Positions 12,951 to 21,664 are shown, numbered from the stretch's first letter. The stretch: DNA of 32,000 nt from Planctomycetales bacterium (GCA_022646745.1 CP060262.1:870001-902000); one strand, 5' to 3'. Numbers and translations: made by a program. Notes: generated by a model from the letters alone, not told the origin.

Positions 12951-15079
12951 GACACACAGCCATCTACACGATTCTGGCAACGGCATTTCTGCTCAGTGCC
13001 TGTGGGGGCGGACAGGGCAGCGGTGAGTCCACTGGCAGCTATGCACTGGAGGCCCTGCATGGCACCAGCAGCGCCAGCCTGCAGCTCGGGATGGAGCGGG
13101 GCAGTGCCGTGGTCAGCGTGGACTCACCTGGCAGCGATGGCAGTTTCTTCAGCCTCAGCCTGCCGGAGAACATGGTTCCCGCCTCGCTGGACTGGCTGGA
13201 TGGCAACGGCAACCCGCTGGACAGCGGGATGCTGACATTCACCCATTTTGAGGATGGCCGGCTCAGTGCAGCTGTGATGCCGCTGGCCGATGCAGCTTCC
13301 GGGCCAGTCAGCCTGCGAGTTCAACCTGCACTCGACGCAGCGGCCCGCCTGGCCAGTGCCACTGATGAGGAAATCCGCGAGGAGCCAGTGCCCTTCACCT
13401 TCATGGACTTTGACCCGGCTGGCGGCTCAGTGCTGCTCAGCTGGCCGGCCTGGCTGCCCGGTGACTACGACCTGAGCGGCATTGTCGGCATCAATGACAT
13501 CACCCCGCTGGGCAAGCACTTCGGCTCCGCCAGTGGCGGCAATGGCTGGACCCAGGACGACCCGCTGCACTGGATCGATGGCAACCGCGACGGGGAGATC
13601 AACTCCGTTGACTTGAGCGTGATCGGCCAGCACTTCAACGATGAACTGATCGGTTTCCGCGTCTACCATGACGGCGAACTGTACCAGGGCATGGACGAAA
13701 GCATGCTGAACGTACTGAGCGGTGACCCGCAGGGCCCTGGCCTGCCCCGCCGCCACTTCCTGCACCTGCCGGGCATTGAGTCACCCGACCTGCTTGAGCT
13801 GCGCAGCGTCTACCACCATCACGGGCTCGGCTCAGGTGGCAACAACCCTGACCTCGAGGTGCATATCTCGATTGACGGCGTGGAGCTGGCTGACAACGAA
13901 TTCGGCAACAAGACCGGTACCCGCGTGATCAAGCCGATTGAGGATGTCAACGGCGCACGTGACATCATCAGCACGCCGGAGAGCGAAAGCAGCTCGCTGG
14001 CCCGCTTCCGCAGCGTGCCGCGCGGGCAGGAGTACCTGCTGGACATCGTCTACGAACCGCTGGTGAGTCCCTTCGGCAGCGAGCTGCCTGACAACCCGGT
14101 GGTGCAGGGTGGCGACGATGCCGGCAAGGTGGTCACCTCCGTGTCCTTCCGCCTGCCGCAGCAGTACAGCCGCAGCGTGATGAACATCAACATCCACTAC
14201 CTGCCGCAGCCCGATGGCAGTTACTTCGCCGAGCTGAATGCCAGCATTGACCACGGCAGTGGCGTGAGCGAGTACTCCGCGCTGCTGGACTACAACGGCG
14301 GCGTGCTGCGCCGTGACAGTGACAACGACGGCAGCTTCACGGGTGAGGTCGAATTCGAGGACAGCGACCGCGACTGCGTCAGCAACCAGCTGGTGGAGGA
14401 GATCTTCTTCCCCGGCGTCGAGCCGCCGCAGCAGGGCTACATCCATGGCGTGTTCGACGGCCTCGTGGAGTCGATCGACTTCATTGCCTCCGAGATCACG
14501 ATGGTGCCGGGCAGCATGCAGTTCTGGAGCGACGGCGCAATCCGCGAGGACCGTACCGTGCACTTCAGCGAGAATGCCGAGTTCATCGGATTCGCGGACA
14601 TCCGTTCGCTGGCTCCGGGAGATCCGGTGCACATTGAGATGTACCGCCTGGAGGACAATGGAGACACGGGCAATATCCCCGCCGGCGTATCCTGGGCGGA
14701 GCTGATCCATGCACTGGACCAGAACTTCAGTGAGTACTGGATCCAGGCCGAGCTGCAGGAGAACAGCGAGTTCGTCGCGATCAGCGTCGGCCGGGCTGGT
14801 GGACCGCTGGACGGAGCCTACCCGCAGTACCTGATCGCGGTGCGCGATGAGTTCAGCGGGGATTACGAGGAGCTGCCCTACGGCGAAGTCGTAACCGGAT
14901 TCATCTACCTGCCGCTCTGGCCTGACCACCTCTATACGATCAGCCTGCTTGGGGTGGCACTTGACGGCAAGCGCGTGCTGCTGGCGGATACCCAGGTCTA
15001 CATTGACCCGGAGCTGTTCTGGGACGGCTTCGGTGACCCGCCGGGCGGCAATCCGCCGATCGGCGGACCGGGAGTCTGA
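12947..15079 (+). CDS. Lipoprotein with dockerin-like repeats and a DUF5666-like segment, hypothetical
   Basis: ATG 12947 overlaps the regulator stop (ATGA). The lipobox is TAFLLSACGGG. The dockerin-like pair is GDYDLSGIVGINDITPLGKHFG ... DGNRDGEINSVDLSVIGQHFN. A later segment (IHGVFDGLVESIDFIASEITMVPG...LAPGDPVHIEMYRLEDNGD) resembles the DUF5666-like modules elsewhere in the window. Confidence 0.85.
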   Translation: MRHTAIYTILATAFLLSACGGGQGSGESTGSYALEALHGTSSASLQLGMERGSAVVSVDSPGSDGSFFSLSLPENMVPASLDWLDGNGNPLDSGMLTFTHFEDGRLSAAVMPLADAASGPVSLRVQPALDAAARLASATDEEIREEPVPFTFMDFDPAGGSVLLSWPAWLPGDYDLSGIVGINDITPLGKHFGSASGGNGWTQDDPLHWIDGNRDGEINSVDLSVIGQHFNDELIGFRVYHDGELYQGMDESMLNVLSGDPQGPGLPRRHFLHLPGIESPDLLELRSVYHHHGLGSGGNNPDLEVHISIDGVELADNEFGNKTGTRVIKPIEDVNGARDIISTPESESSSLARFRSVPRGQEYLLDIVYEPLVSPFGSELPDNPVVQGGDDAGKVVTSVSFRLPQQYSRSVMNINIHYLPQPDGSYFAELNASIDHGSGVSEYSALLDYNGGVLRRDSDNDGSFTGEVEFEDSDRDCVSNQLVEEIFFPGVEPPQQGYIHGVFDGLVESIDFIASEITMVPGSMQFWSDGAIREDRTVHFSENAEFIGFADIRSLAPGDPVHIEMYRLEDNGDTGNIPAGVSWAELIHALDQNFSEYWIQAELQENSEFVAISVGRAGGPLDGAYPQYLIAVRDEFSGDYEELPYGEVVTGFIYLPLWPDHLYTISLLGVALDGKRVLLADTQVYIDPELFWDGFGDPPGGNPPIGGPGV

Positions 15080-15130
15080 GGCCTGCCCCGCTGAAACAAT
15101 CCCCCGGCCTGAGGGTTACACTAAGGTCCT

Positions 15131-16555
15131 ATGGCAAGTCTGAACAGCAAGCGCGGCAGTGCCGAGCGTTTCGAGGAGCTGACCCCGCAGCAGATCGTGG
15201 CCAGGCTCAGCGAGTACATCGTCGGGCAGGATGAAGCCAAGAAGGCCGTTGCGGTGGCGATCCGCAACCGCCTGCGCCGCCTGCAGGTCTCCGAGGAACT
15301 GCGCGACGAGATCATCCCGAAGAACCTGATCCTGATGGGGCCGACCGGCGTCGGCAAGACGGAGATCGCGCGGCGGATGGCGATCCTGCTGAAGGCGCCC
15401 TTCGTCAAGGTCGAGGCCACCAAGTTCACCGAGGTCGGCTACGTCGGCCGCGACGTGGACAGCATCATCCGTGAGCTGACCGAGAACAGCGTGCGCATGC
15501 TGCGCCAGGAACGCATCGACGAAATCAGCGACACAATCGCCGGCAAGGTGGTGGAACGGCTGGTGGACTACCTGCAGCCCCTGCCCGGCCGCCCGGCACC
15601 GGCTTCCGGTGACGACCCGGAGGAGGCCGCGCGCCGCCGGCAGAAGCATGAGGATGCGCTCGAACAGGTCAAGCGCCTGCGTGAGCGGCTGCGCCAGCGG
15701 ATCCGCTCCGGCGAGATGGACGACGAGAAGGTCACCATTGAGGCCAAGGAAGGTGGCAACAACATGATGCAGGTGTTCTCCGCCCAGGGGATGGAGGAGA
15801 TGGGGATGGACCTGCAGAACCTGTTCAGCAACATGACGGACAAGGGCAAGAAGAAGAAGCGCACCACCGTCGGCGAGGCGCGCCGCATCCTGATGCAGGA
15901 GGAAGCCGACCGTCTGATTGACAACGATGCGATTGTGCGCGAGGCGATCGAGCGCGTCGAGCTGGCCGGCATCGTGTTCATCGACGAGATTGACAAGATC
16001 GCGCACCGCGAGGGCGGCAGCTCCAGCGGGCCGGACGTCTCCCGCGAGGGCGTGCAGCGCGACATCCTGCCGCTGGTGGAGGGCACCACCGTGATCACCA
16101 AGTACGGCCCGGTGCGCACCCAGCACATCCTGTTCATCGCCGCCGGTGCATTCCATGTCAGCCGCGTGAGCGACCTGATCCCGGAGTTCCAGGGCCGCTT
16201 CCCGCTGCGCGTCGAGCTGGAGAGCCTGACGGAGGAGGACTTCGGCCGCATCCTGCGCGAGCCGAAGAACAGCCTGATCCGCCAGTACAGCCAGCTGCTG
16301 GCAACGGACGGCGTGGAGCTGCAGTTCACCGGCGGCGCGATCACGCGCATGGCGGCGATTGCCAGCAAGGCGAATGCGGAGAGCCAGAACATCGGCGCGC
16401 GCCGGCTGCACACGGTGATGGAGAAGCTGCTGGAGGACATCGCGTTTGAGGCGCCCTATGAAGAGCCGAGGAAGATCCGGATTGACAAGGCCTTCATCGA
16501 GGACAAGCTCGGCAGCCTGCTGAAGGAAAAGGACGTCGCGCAATACATATTGTGA
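15131..16555 (+). CDS. hslU: ATP-dependent protease ATPase subunit HslU
   Basis: The full-length match to the HslU pattern includes LTPQQIVARLSEYIVGQDEAKKAVAVAIRNR, Walker A GPTGVGKTEIARR, KVEATKFTEVGYVGRDVDSIIRELTE, Walker B IVFIDEIDKI, DVSREGVQRDILPLVEGT, FIAAGAF and LIPEFQGRFP. Confidence 0.95.
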   Translation: MASLNSKRGSAERFEELTPQQIVARLSEYIVGQDEAKKAVAVAIRNRLRRLQVSEELRDEIIPKNLILMGPTGVGKTEIARRMAILLKAPFVKVEATKFTEVGYVGRDVDSIIRELTENSVRMLRQERIDEISDTIAGKVVERLVDYLQPLPGRPAPASGDDPEEAARRRQKHEDALEQVKRLRERLRQRIRSGEMDDEKVTIEAKEGGNNMMQVFSAQGMEEMGMDLQNLFSNMTDKGKKKKRTTVGEARRILMQEEADRLIDNDAIVREAIERVELAGIVFIDEIDKIAHREGGSSSGPDVSREGVQRDILPLVEGTTVITKYGPVRTQHILFIAAGAFHVSRVSDLIPEFQGRFPLRVELESLTEEDFGRILREPKNSLIRQYSQLLATDGVELQFTGGAITRMAAIASKANAESQNIGARRLHTVMEKLLEDIAFEAPYEEPRKIRIDKAFIEDKLGSLLKEKDVAQYIL

Positions 16556-16636
16556 TTGCCGTCTCGTGCGAGCACTCGACGGTCTAGCCCTGAGCTGGCG
16601 CATTCGCTGCCAGCGGGTCGCGTGGAAGTTACGGGA

Positions 16637-16658
16637 GGTGCTGCAAAGCTGCACCTTT
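16637..16658 (+). terminator. Weak candidate terminator downstream of hslU
   Basis: The stem GGTGCTGC / GCTGCACC has 7 of 8 pairs with loop AAA and is followed only by TTT. It lies about 80 nt after the hslU stop. Confidence 0.3.
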
Positions 16659-16729
16659 GGAGGCAGTGTGCAAGTTTATCCGCGAGGAAAAGACCTCAGG
16701 CAAGATACTATGTCTGTTAGACTTTGCCG

Positions 16730-17419
16730 ATGAACAAGCCAAGTGCAAAGTCCGGCATTGTCCCGAAAGCGTTGCTTTTGCTTTGCTGTTTGCTTGCAGG
16801 GTACTTGGCAGTAAAGAAGCCAGTTGCCGACGCTAAGGAACTAAACCGTCAGCGCGACAGGATTCAACTGATCAGGGGCAGTTCTTCCGAAGCGTATTCC
16901 AACACTGACACGGGAAACTGGCAACGGACCTTGCCACTGCAACAGCGGATTCCAGACTCACTGGAAAAGGACCAATTGCAAGACCTGCTGGCAGAACTGT
17001 TCAGGGAGTATGCCCAATCCGTTCCACCGGAAAGCGACCTATACGTTACCTGCAGCAGCACAACGGACATGTTGTATCTGGCAGATCCAGTGAGCATCCA
17101 GGATCCTGACCCAGGCTTACTTGTCAACCTTGGTAATGATGGAAGAAGAGTCAATACCGGAAAGGACTGGCTGGAAAAGCGTGACGAGAACCGAGCTCCG
17201 GCATTCCACCCGCATGTCCTGCATTTCGTCGGATTGGCAGAATCAGAAAAAGGGGAGTACGATTTGCTGATTGAGCTGTCCAGAGGTGAGATCATGGGTT
17301 CATTCCTGAATTCAGCATCACTGGATCAGACAGGGGAATGGGTCATCAGTTGGGATACTCCGGTAGAGGACATGCTGGCAATCATCGATAAAGCTTACGC
17401 TCATTCAATGCAGGAATAG
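16730..17419 (+). CDS. Membrane-anchored hypothetical protein in a low-GC islet
   Basis: ATG 16730 is used here; the track start at 16724 is TTG. The N-terminal anchor is KALLLLCCLLAGYLAV. No recognisable motifs were found. Two sampled 60-nt stretches (16801-16920) are 50-53% GC, against 65% in an hslU sample. Confidence 0.55.
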   Translation: MNKPSAKSGIVPKALLLLCCLLAGYLAVKKPVADAKELNRQRDRIQLIRGSSSEAYSNTDTGNWQRTLPLQQRIPDSLEKDQLQDLLAELFREYAQSVPPESDLYVTCSSTTDMLYLADPVSIQDPDPGLLVNLGNDGRRVNTGKDWLEKRDENRAPAFHPHVLHFVGLAESEKGEYDLLIELSRGEIMGSFLNSASLDQTGEWVISWDTPVEDMLAIIDKAYAHSMQE

Positions 17420-17521
17420 CAAGCTGATTGAATCAAGCCGCTGATGCTGCAATCAACAAGTATCAGCGTCGCCCAGTGACGACAGGAAGTGCATGTTCCG
17501 CAGGCGCATTGAATAAGGCTG

Positions 17522-17578
17522 GAAGTAGGGTGGCGGTAATACCGCCACCGGGATGGGGTGTTACCCCATCCCTACTTC
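17522..17578. repeat. REP/BIME-like double-hairpin element, copy A (57 nt)
   Basis: The sequence is GAAGTAGGG-TGGCGGTAATACCGCCACC-GGGATGGGGTGTTACCCCATCCC-TACTTC. The outer inverted repeat is GAAGTAGGG/CCCTACTTC. Inner hairpins are GGTGGCGG/CCGCCACC and GGGATGGGGT/ACCCCATCCC. Each strand reads GTAGGG followed by a palindrome. It is near-identical to 31103-31160. Confidence 0.75.
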
Positions 17579-17777
17579 AATCCCTGCATCCCTTTCGTCA
17601 TTGTGCGACAGTCCCGCCTTGCGGGATCGCACCTCCCATCCCTCCTTCTGGTGTTTCTCATTCTGATTCTGATCCCTCTTCTCCCCTCTTCCAACTGTAA
17701 GCCTAAAAACCACCGTAACTGTACGGCTGGGAGCATACAGCCAGAGGAATAATGTCTGGTCTGCGGAGGAACCGGAC

Positions 17778-19460
17778 ATGCGACACATATTGCCAATCCT
17801 GATACTGCTGCTTTCAATCGCCTGCTCCTGCGGCGGCCAGCAGGCTGCCCCGGCCGGGCAGGACTTGCCGCCGGCTGTCACCGCAGCGCAATCACAGCAC
17901 GGCCTGCCCGCCCTCGACACCCTGCGCGAATCCAGCCTGGCCTTCAGCCTGGAGCAGGATGGCAACATGGCCACGGCGCAGTCGCCGACCGCGATCGTGG
18001 ATGGCAGCGAGCTTCTGCTGCCCAGCGGCTCCAACTTCGCCAGCTGGGGGATCTGGAGCTTCGACTCGGGCTATGACTACCCGACGATGCTGAACGCGGT
18101 TGTCAATGTGCCCGATGGCGACGAGTTCTGGCTGGCTGTGTCCGATTACGAGGACGGCCGCTGGCAGTTCAGCGGACCCTACGGCAGTGGCGTGGCAATC
18201 GAGCTGAGCAGTGCCAACAGGTCCCCGAAGCACAATCTGCATGTCGCCGTGCTGGCGATGGAAGGCAGCGCGGTCAGCGTGCAGAAGCTTGTACTGGCCA
18301 CTGACAACGGCTGGAAGGTGATGGATCTCGGGATCCCCATCAGTTCGACCGCCCTGGAACTCATCAGTGCCTGCATGATCGGAGGCCGCCCGGCCGTTGC
18401 CTACGTCTCTGAGGATGGCGCGCTCAGCTACCTGCGCGCCTCCGATCCGCTGGCGCATGACTTGAATGCCTGGCAGGATGAGCCGGTCGGCCTGATCGGT
18501 GGCGTTGGTTCATTCAGCGACATCAGCCTGTGCAGCATTGATGGCAAGCCGGCGGTTGCCCTGATCAGGGGAACTGACCAATGGAACATCTATTATGCCT
18601 GTTCTAGCACCGAGGAAGCTGCCCCTGCAGACTGGCAGATAAATCCGAACCCACTTGCCAGCGGCAGCAACTACTCGCCCAACTTCAGCATGGCGGACGT
18701 CGGTGGCCATCCGGCGATTGCCTATGTCGACACGAATGAGGAGCTGGCCTACATCCGTGCCTCAACAGGCAACGGCTCCACGGCCTCGGACTGGAGCACA
18801 CCGCTGATCCTTGAGGTCAATGACGAACCGAATGAGCACGTGAATCGCCCGCAGCTGATGATGGACCGGGGCAAGCCGCTGGTCAGCTACATCGGGCACT
18901 CCAGCGAGGTCTTCCTGCGCTACAGCGATTCCGCTACTGGAGCAAAACTGTCCAACTGGCTGCCGCGCAGCACCGTCGGCCTGTGGAATGACGGTGACTG
19001 GGAGGACAAGGCAATGTTCATGCATGAGGGTAACCTTGTGTTCATGCTGTACGCCGATGACAGCAACAACAGCAGCAGCTTTGAGCCGGACTTCATTCAT
19101 TACTACTTCCGGGACACCTATGAAAAACAGACCGGCTGGGAGGGAAAGCATGAGGTGGCTGAAATCGATGGCGGCTCATTCCACGCATCCCTGTCCGGTG
19201 CCAGCATCAACGGCATGCCGGCGGCCTGCTACCGCAGCAACTACTCGCCGGAGCTGACATATTCCTTCTCCGATCCGGACCATCCTGCCTACACCTCCGT
19301 CTGGGAACACCAGATAGTCAACGACGGCTTCCAGAACGGCATGCTGCTTGATACTGAGCTGATGGAGAATGCCGAAGGCCAGCCCTGCATCCTGTACTGC
19401 GCGTATGACTTCCAGCTGGATAGCAAGAGGCTGTACTTCGCCGTGCGCCGCGAACCCTGA
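17778..19460 (+). CDS. Lipoprotein: shared N-terminal module plus a roughly 7-bladed propeller-like G-x-P-A-[VI]-x-Y repeat domain
   Basis: ATG 17778 has a GGAGGAA RBS. The lipobox is LLLSIACSCGG. The shared module runs ASWGIWSF...FWLAVSDYEDGRWQF...HNLHVAVLA. Seven repeats are GGRPAVAYVSEDGALSYLRAS, DGKPAVALIRG, GGHPAIAYVDTNEELAYIRAS, RGKPLVSYIGHSSEVFLRYS, EGNLVFMLY, NGMPAACYRS and EGQPCILYCAY. Confidence 0.85.
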   Translation: MRHILPILILLLSIACSCGGQQAAPAGQDLPPAVTAAQSQHGLPALDTLRESSLAFSLEQDGNMATAQSPTAIVDGSELLLPSGSNFASWGIWSFDSGYDYPTMLNAVVNVPDGDEFWLAVSDYEDGRWQFSGPYGSGVAIELSSANRSPKHNLHVAVLAMEGSAVSVQKLVLATDNGWKVMDLGIPISSTALELISACMIGGRPAVAYVSEDGALSYLRASDPLAHDLNAWQDEPVGLIGGVGSFSDISLCSIDGKPAVALIRGTDQWNIYYACSSTEEAAPADWQINPNPLASGSNYSPNFSMADVGGHPAIAYVDTNEELAYIRASTGNGSTASDWSTPLILEVNDEPNEHVNRPQLMMDRGKPLVSYIGHSSEVFLRYSDSATGAKLSNWLPRSTVGLWNDGDWEDKAMFMHEGNLVFMLYADDSNNSSSFEPDFIHYYFRDTYEKQTGWEGKHEVAEIDGGSFHASLSGASINGMPAACYRSNYSPELTYSFSDPDHPAYTSVWEHQIVNDGFQNGMLLDTELMENAEGQPCILYCAYDFQLDSKRLYFAVRREP

Positions 19461-19742
19461 CCAGGCTGAATCCCACTTGCCTAATAGGATTGTTGCCCTG
19501 CTGCGACTTTGTCTCATTTAGGATCGAGCGTTCCATTTTGAACTGATTCACCGCGCACTGCGGTACTGTCCCTGCTGGCTGCGAGCAGGCCCAGACTGGG
19601 TCCAACTCATTGCCGGGCCGTGTGGGGGCTGGATTCGCTATTGCTTCCGGTCTCAGTGTCCCCGTCGTTTTACCGGGAAAATGGCCCTTTTGGATGCCTA
19701 TTGTCCGGGATATCCTGTGAGCATCAAACCGGAGGTGCAGCA

Positions 19743-21581
19743 ATGCATACCACTATCAGGAAATGGAACGGAATCCTTGCGGCGGCGGTGGCCCTGGCCA
19801 TGCTCGCCCTCGCTTCCTGCGGGGCCGGGAACGGTTTGGCCCTCTCAGAATTGAACAATGACGGCTCGCCGAGCCAGCTGGCGGACGACAGCCGCGGGCT
19901 GCCGGGCCTGCCGCAGGATGACAGCCCGCTCGGACGCAGTGCTTCCGCAGTGGAAACCTTCGCCGGCGACACGGCGATCGACTTCGTGAACGGCCTGCCG
20001 GGTGAAGGCGTGATGGTGCTCTCCAGCACCGAGACCGATAGCGCCTGGGCGCTCTACCAGATCGGTGGCTTAAGCGGCCGCAAGGTGGAGAACCTCAGCA
20101 TTTCCGCCCTGATCAACGGCGGAGACGAATTCTCCGTCGGCCTGAGCAACTTCAGCGACGGCGTGTGGGACTTCCTGATCAGCAGCACCGGCGGCGTGTT
20201 CAACCACGACCTGACCGCGGAGCAGAGCCGCCTGGCCAGCAAGGCCGGCAACCTGTTCGTGGTGGTCGTCGTTGACAATGCCGCCCAGCTCAACATCATC
20301 GAACTCAGCGTGGACAGCCGCCCGCTCGAGGAGGGTGAGGAGCTGCGTCCGGGCAAGGGCCGCCGCATCAGCGTGAGCGAGGGCCTGCCGGACAAGATCG
20401 TGGTCCAGTGGGAGAGCGTGGACGGCGCGGACAGCCATGAGCTGTGGCGCGAGGCGGATGTGGACGGCGAGGATGAGAACGCCGTGCTGATCGCCACCGT
20501 CCCGGTCGTGCCTGAGCAGATCAACTACAGCTATGAGGACACTGACATCCTGCTCGACACCGAATACAAGTATGCGGTGCGTGCGATCAACTCCACCGGC
20601 CCCGGCAACTTCAGCCAGTGGGAAAGCGGCTGGGCCGGCACCACCGCCCCCGAGGGTGGCGAGAATGAGATCGAGAACGAGGTCAAGGGCATCATCGACG
20701 AGATCGCTGAAGGCAGCATCACCGTGGATGGCAACGTGTTCGTCACCGATGAGTCCACCATCTGGCTTGGTGACAACGACAAGCTGCTGACTGCCGCTGA
20801 CTTCGCGGCCGGCATGACCGTCGAGGTCAATGGCGAACGTTTCGGCAGCGACCAGTGGATCGCCCGCACTGTCGAACTTGACCTGGAAGGCAATGAAGGC
20901 AACGAGATCAAGGTCACCGGCCTGATCGAGGCGATCGACCTTGCAAGCATCACCGTCGGCGGCATCACCGCCGTGATCAGCGAGACCACGAGCTGGCTGG
21001 ATGCCAATGGCGACCCGGCCCTGCCCGCGGACTTCCTCGTCGGCATGAATGTCGAGCTGAGCTACCTTGACGACGGACAGGGCGGCATCAGCGCCGTGAC
21101 GGTCAAGGTCGAGAACGAGGCCGAGACCAACGGTGGAGAGCTGCGGGTGCGTGGCACGATCGACGCCATCGAGGCCGGCAGCATCAGCGTGGACGGCGTG
21201 CTGGTGATGGTGGACGGCACCACGACCTGGGAAGACCTGAATGGTGACCCGGCGCTGCCCGGCGACTTCAGCGTGGACATGGACGTGCAGATGGAAGCCG
21301 TGGCTGACGGACAGGGCGGCTGGATTGCCAGCATCGTCGGCATGGAGGACTGGGGTGTTGAGCCCCACGAGTTCAACGTGAGCGGCGCGATCACCGCAAT
21401 CGACGAGAACACGGTCAGCGTTGAGGGCTTCAGCTTCAACATCACCGTCGACACCATCTGGATGGACATGGCTGGCGACCCCGCAGTGCAGGGCGACTTC
21501 AGCGTGGACATGCAGGTTGACCTCGGCGGCGAGGAGGACGGCATCGGTGGCTGGAATGCCCTCGATGTGCAGATGGTCTGA
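19743..21581 (+). CDS. Lipoprotein: shared N-terminal module, an Fn3-like domain and four DUF5666-like modules
   Basis: ATG 19743 follows GGAGG (19731-19735); the track extension from 19620 is rejected. The lipobox is LAMLALASCGAG. The shared module runs SAWALYQIGGL...FSVGLSNFSDGVWDF...GNLFVVVVV. The Fn3-like stretch runs IVVQWESVDGADSHELWR...YKYAVRAINSTGPG. Four repeats begin V[KTRS]G-x-I-[DT]-x-I. Confidence 0.85.
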   Translation: MHTTIRKWNGILAAAVALAMLALASCGAGNGLALSELNNDGSPSQLADDSRGLPGLPQDDSPLGRSASAVETFAGDTAIDFVNGLPGEGVMVLSSTETDSAWALYQIGGLSGRKVENLSISALINGGDEFSVGLSNFSDGVWDFLISSTGGVFNHDLTAEQSRLASKAGNLFVVVVVDNAAQLNIIELSVDSRPLEEGEELRPGKGRRISVSEGLPDKIVVQWESVDGADSHELWREADVDGEDENAVLIATVPVVPEQINYSYEDTDILLDTEYKYAVRAINSTGPGNFSQWESGWAGTTAPEGGENEIENEVKGIIDEIAEGSITVDGNVFVTDESTIWLGDNDKLLTAADFAAGMTVEVNGERFGSDQWIARTVELDLEGNEGNEIKVTGLIEAIDLASITVGGITAVISETTSWLDANGDPALPADFLVGMNVELSYLDDGQGGISAVTVKVENEAETNGGELRVRGTIDAIEAGSISVDGVLVMVDGTTTWEDLNGDPALPGDFSVDMDVQMEAVADGQGGWIASIVGMEDWGVEPHEFNVSGAITAIDENTVSVEGFSFNITVDTIWMDMAGDPAVQGDFSVDMQVDLGGEEDGIGGWNALDVQMV

Positions 21582-21638
21582 ACCGACAGGCACTCAAACA
21601 GGAAGCACCGACGGAGTGGTGTGGATACGGTAAACAGG

Positions 21639-21664
21639 CGGCCCCGGCAACGGGGCCGTTTTGT
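21639..21664 (+). terminator. Rho-independent terminator after the 19743-21581 gene
   Basis: The stem is CGGCCCCG (21639-21646) / CGGGGCCG (21651-21658) with loop GCAA, followed by TTTTGT. Confidence 0.7.

Noticed and set aside
15116-16654. 512-aa minus-strand ORF
   Set aside because: It is exactly antisense to hslU, whose identity is unambiguous. It is Arg/Leu/Ala/Gln-rich with no motifs. This is a shadow ORF.
17522-17578. Considered whether the three-way-junction-like 57-nt element is a tRNA or tRNA fragment
   Set aside because: It is too short, has only two internal hairpins, lacks a T-loop GTTCRANNC motif and an anticodon-arm geometry, and is symmetric on both strands. A REP-like repeat is the better explanation.
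17558-17752. ORFs beginning MLPHPYF at 17558-17752 and 31140-31322
   Set aside because: The shared N-terminus is simply the translation of the repeated REP-like element (TTACCCCATCCCTACTTC). The sequences diverge as soon as the repeat ends, and the starts are non-ATG.
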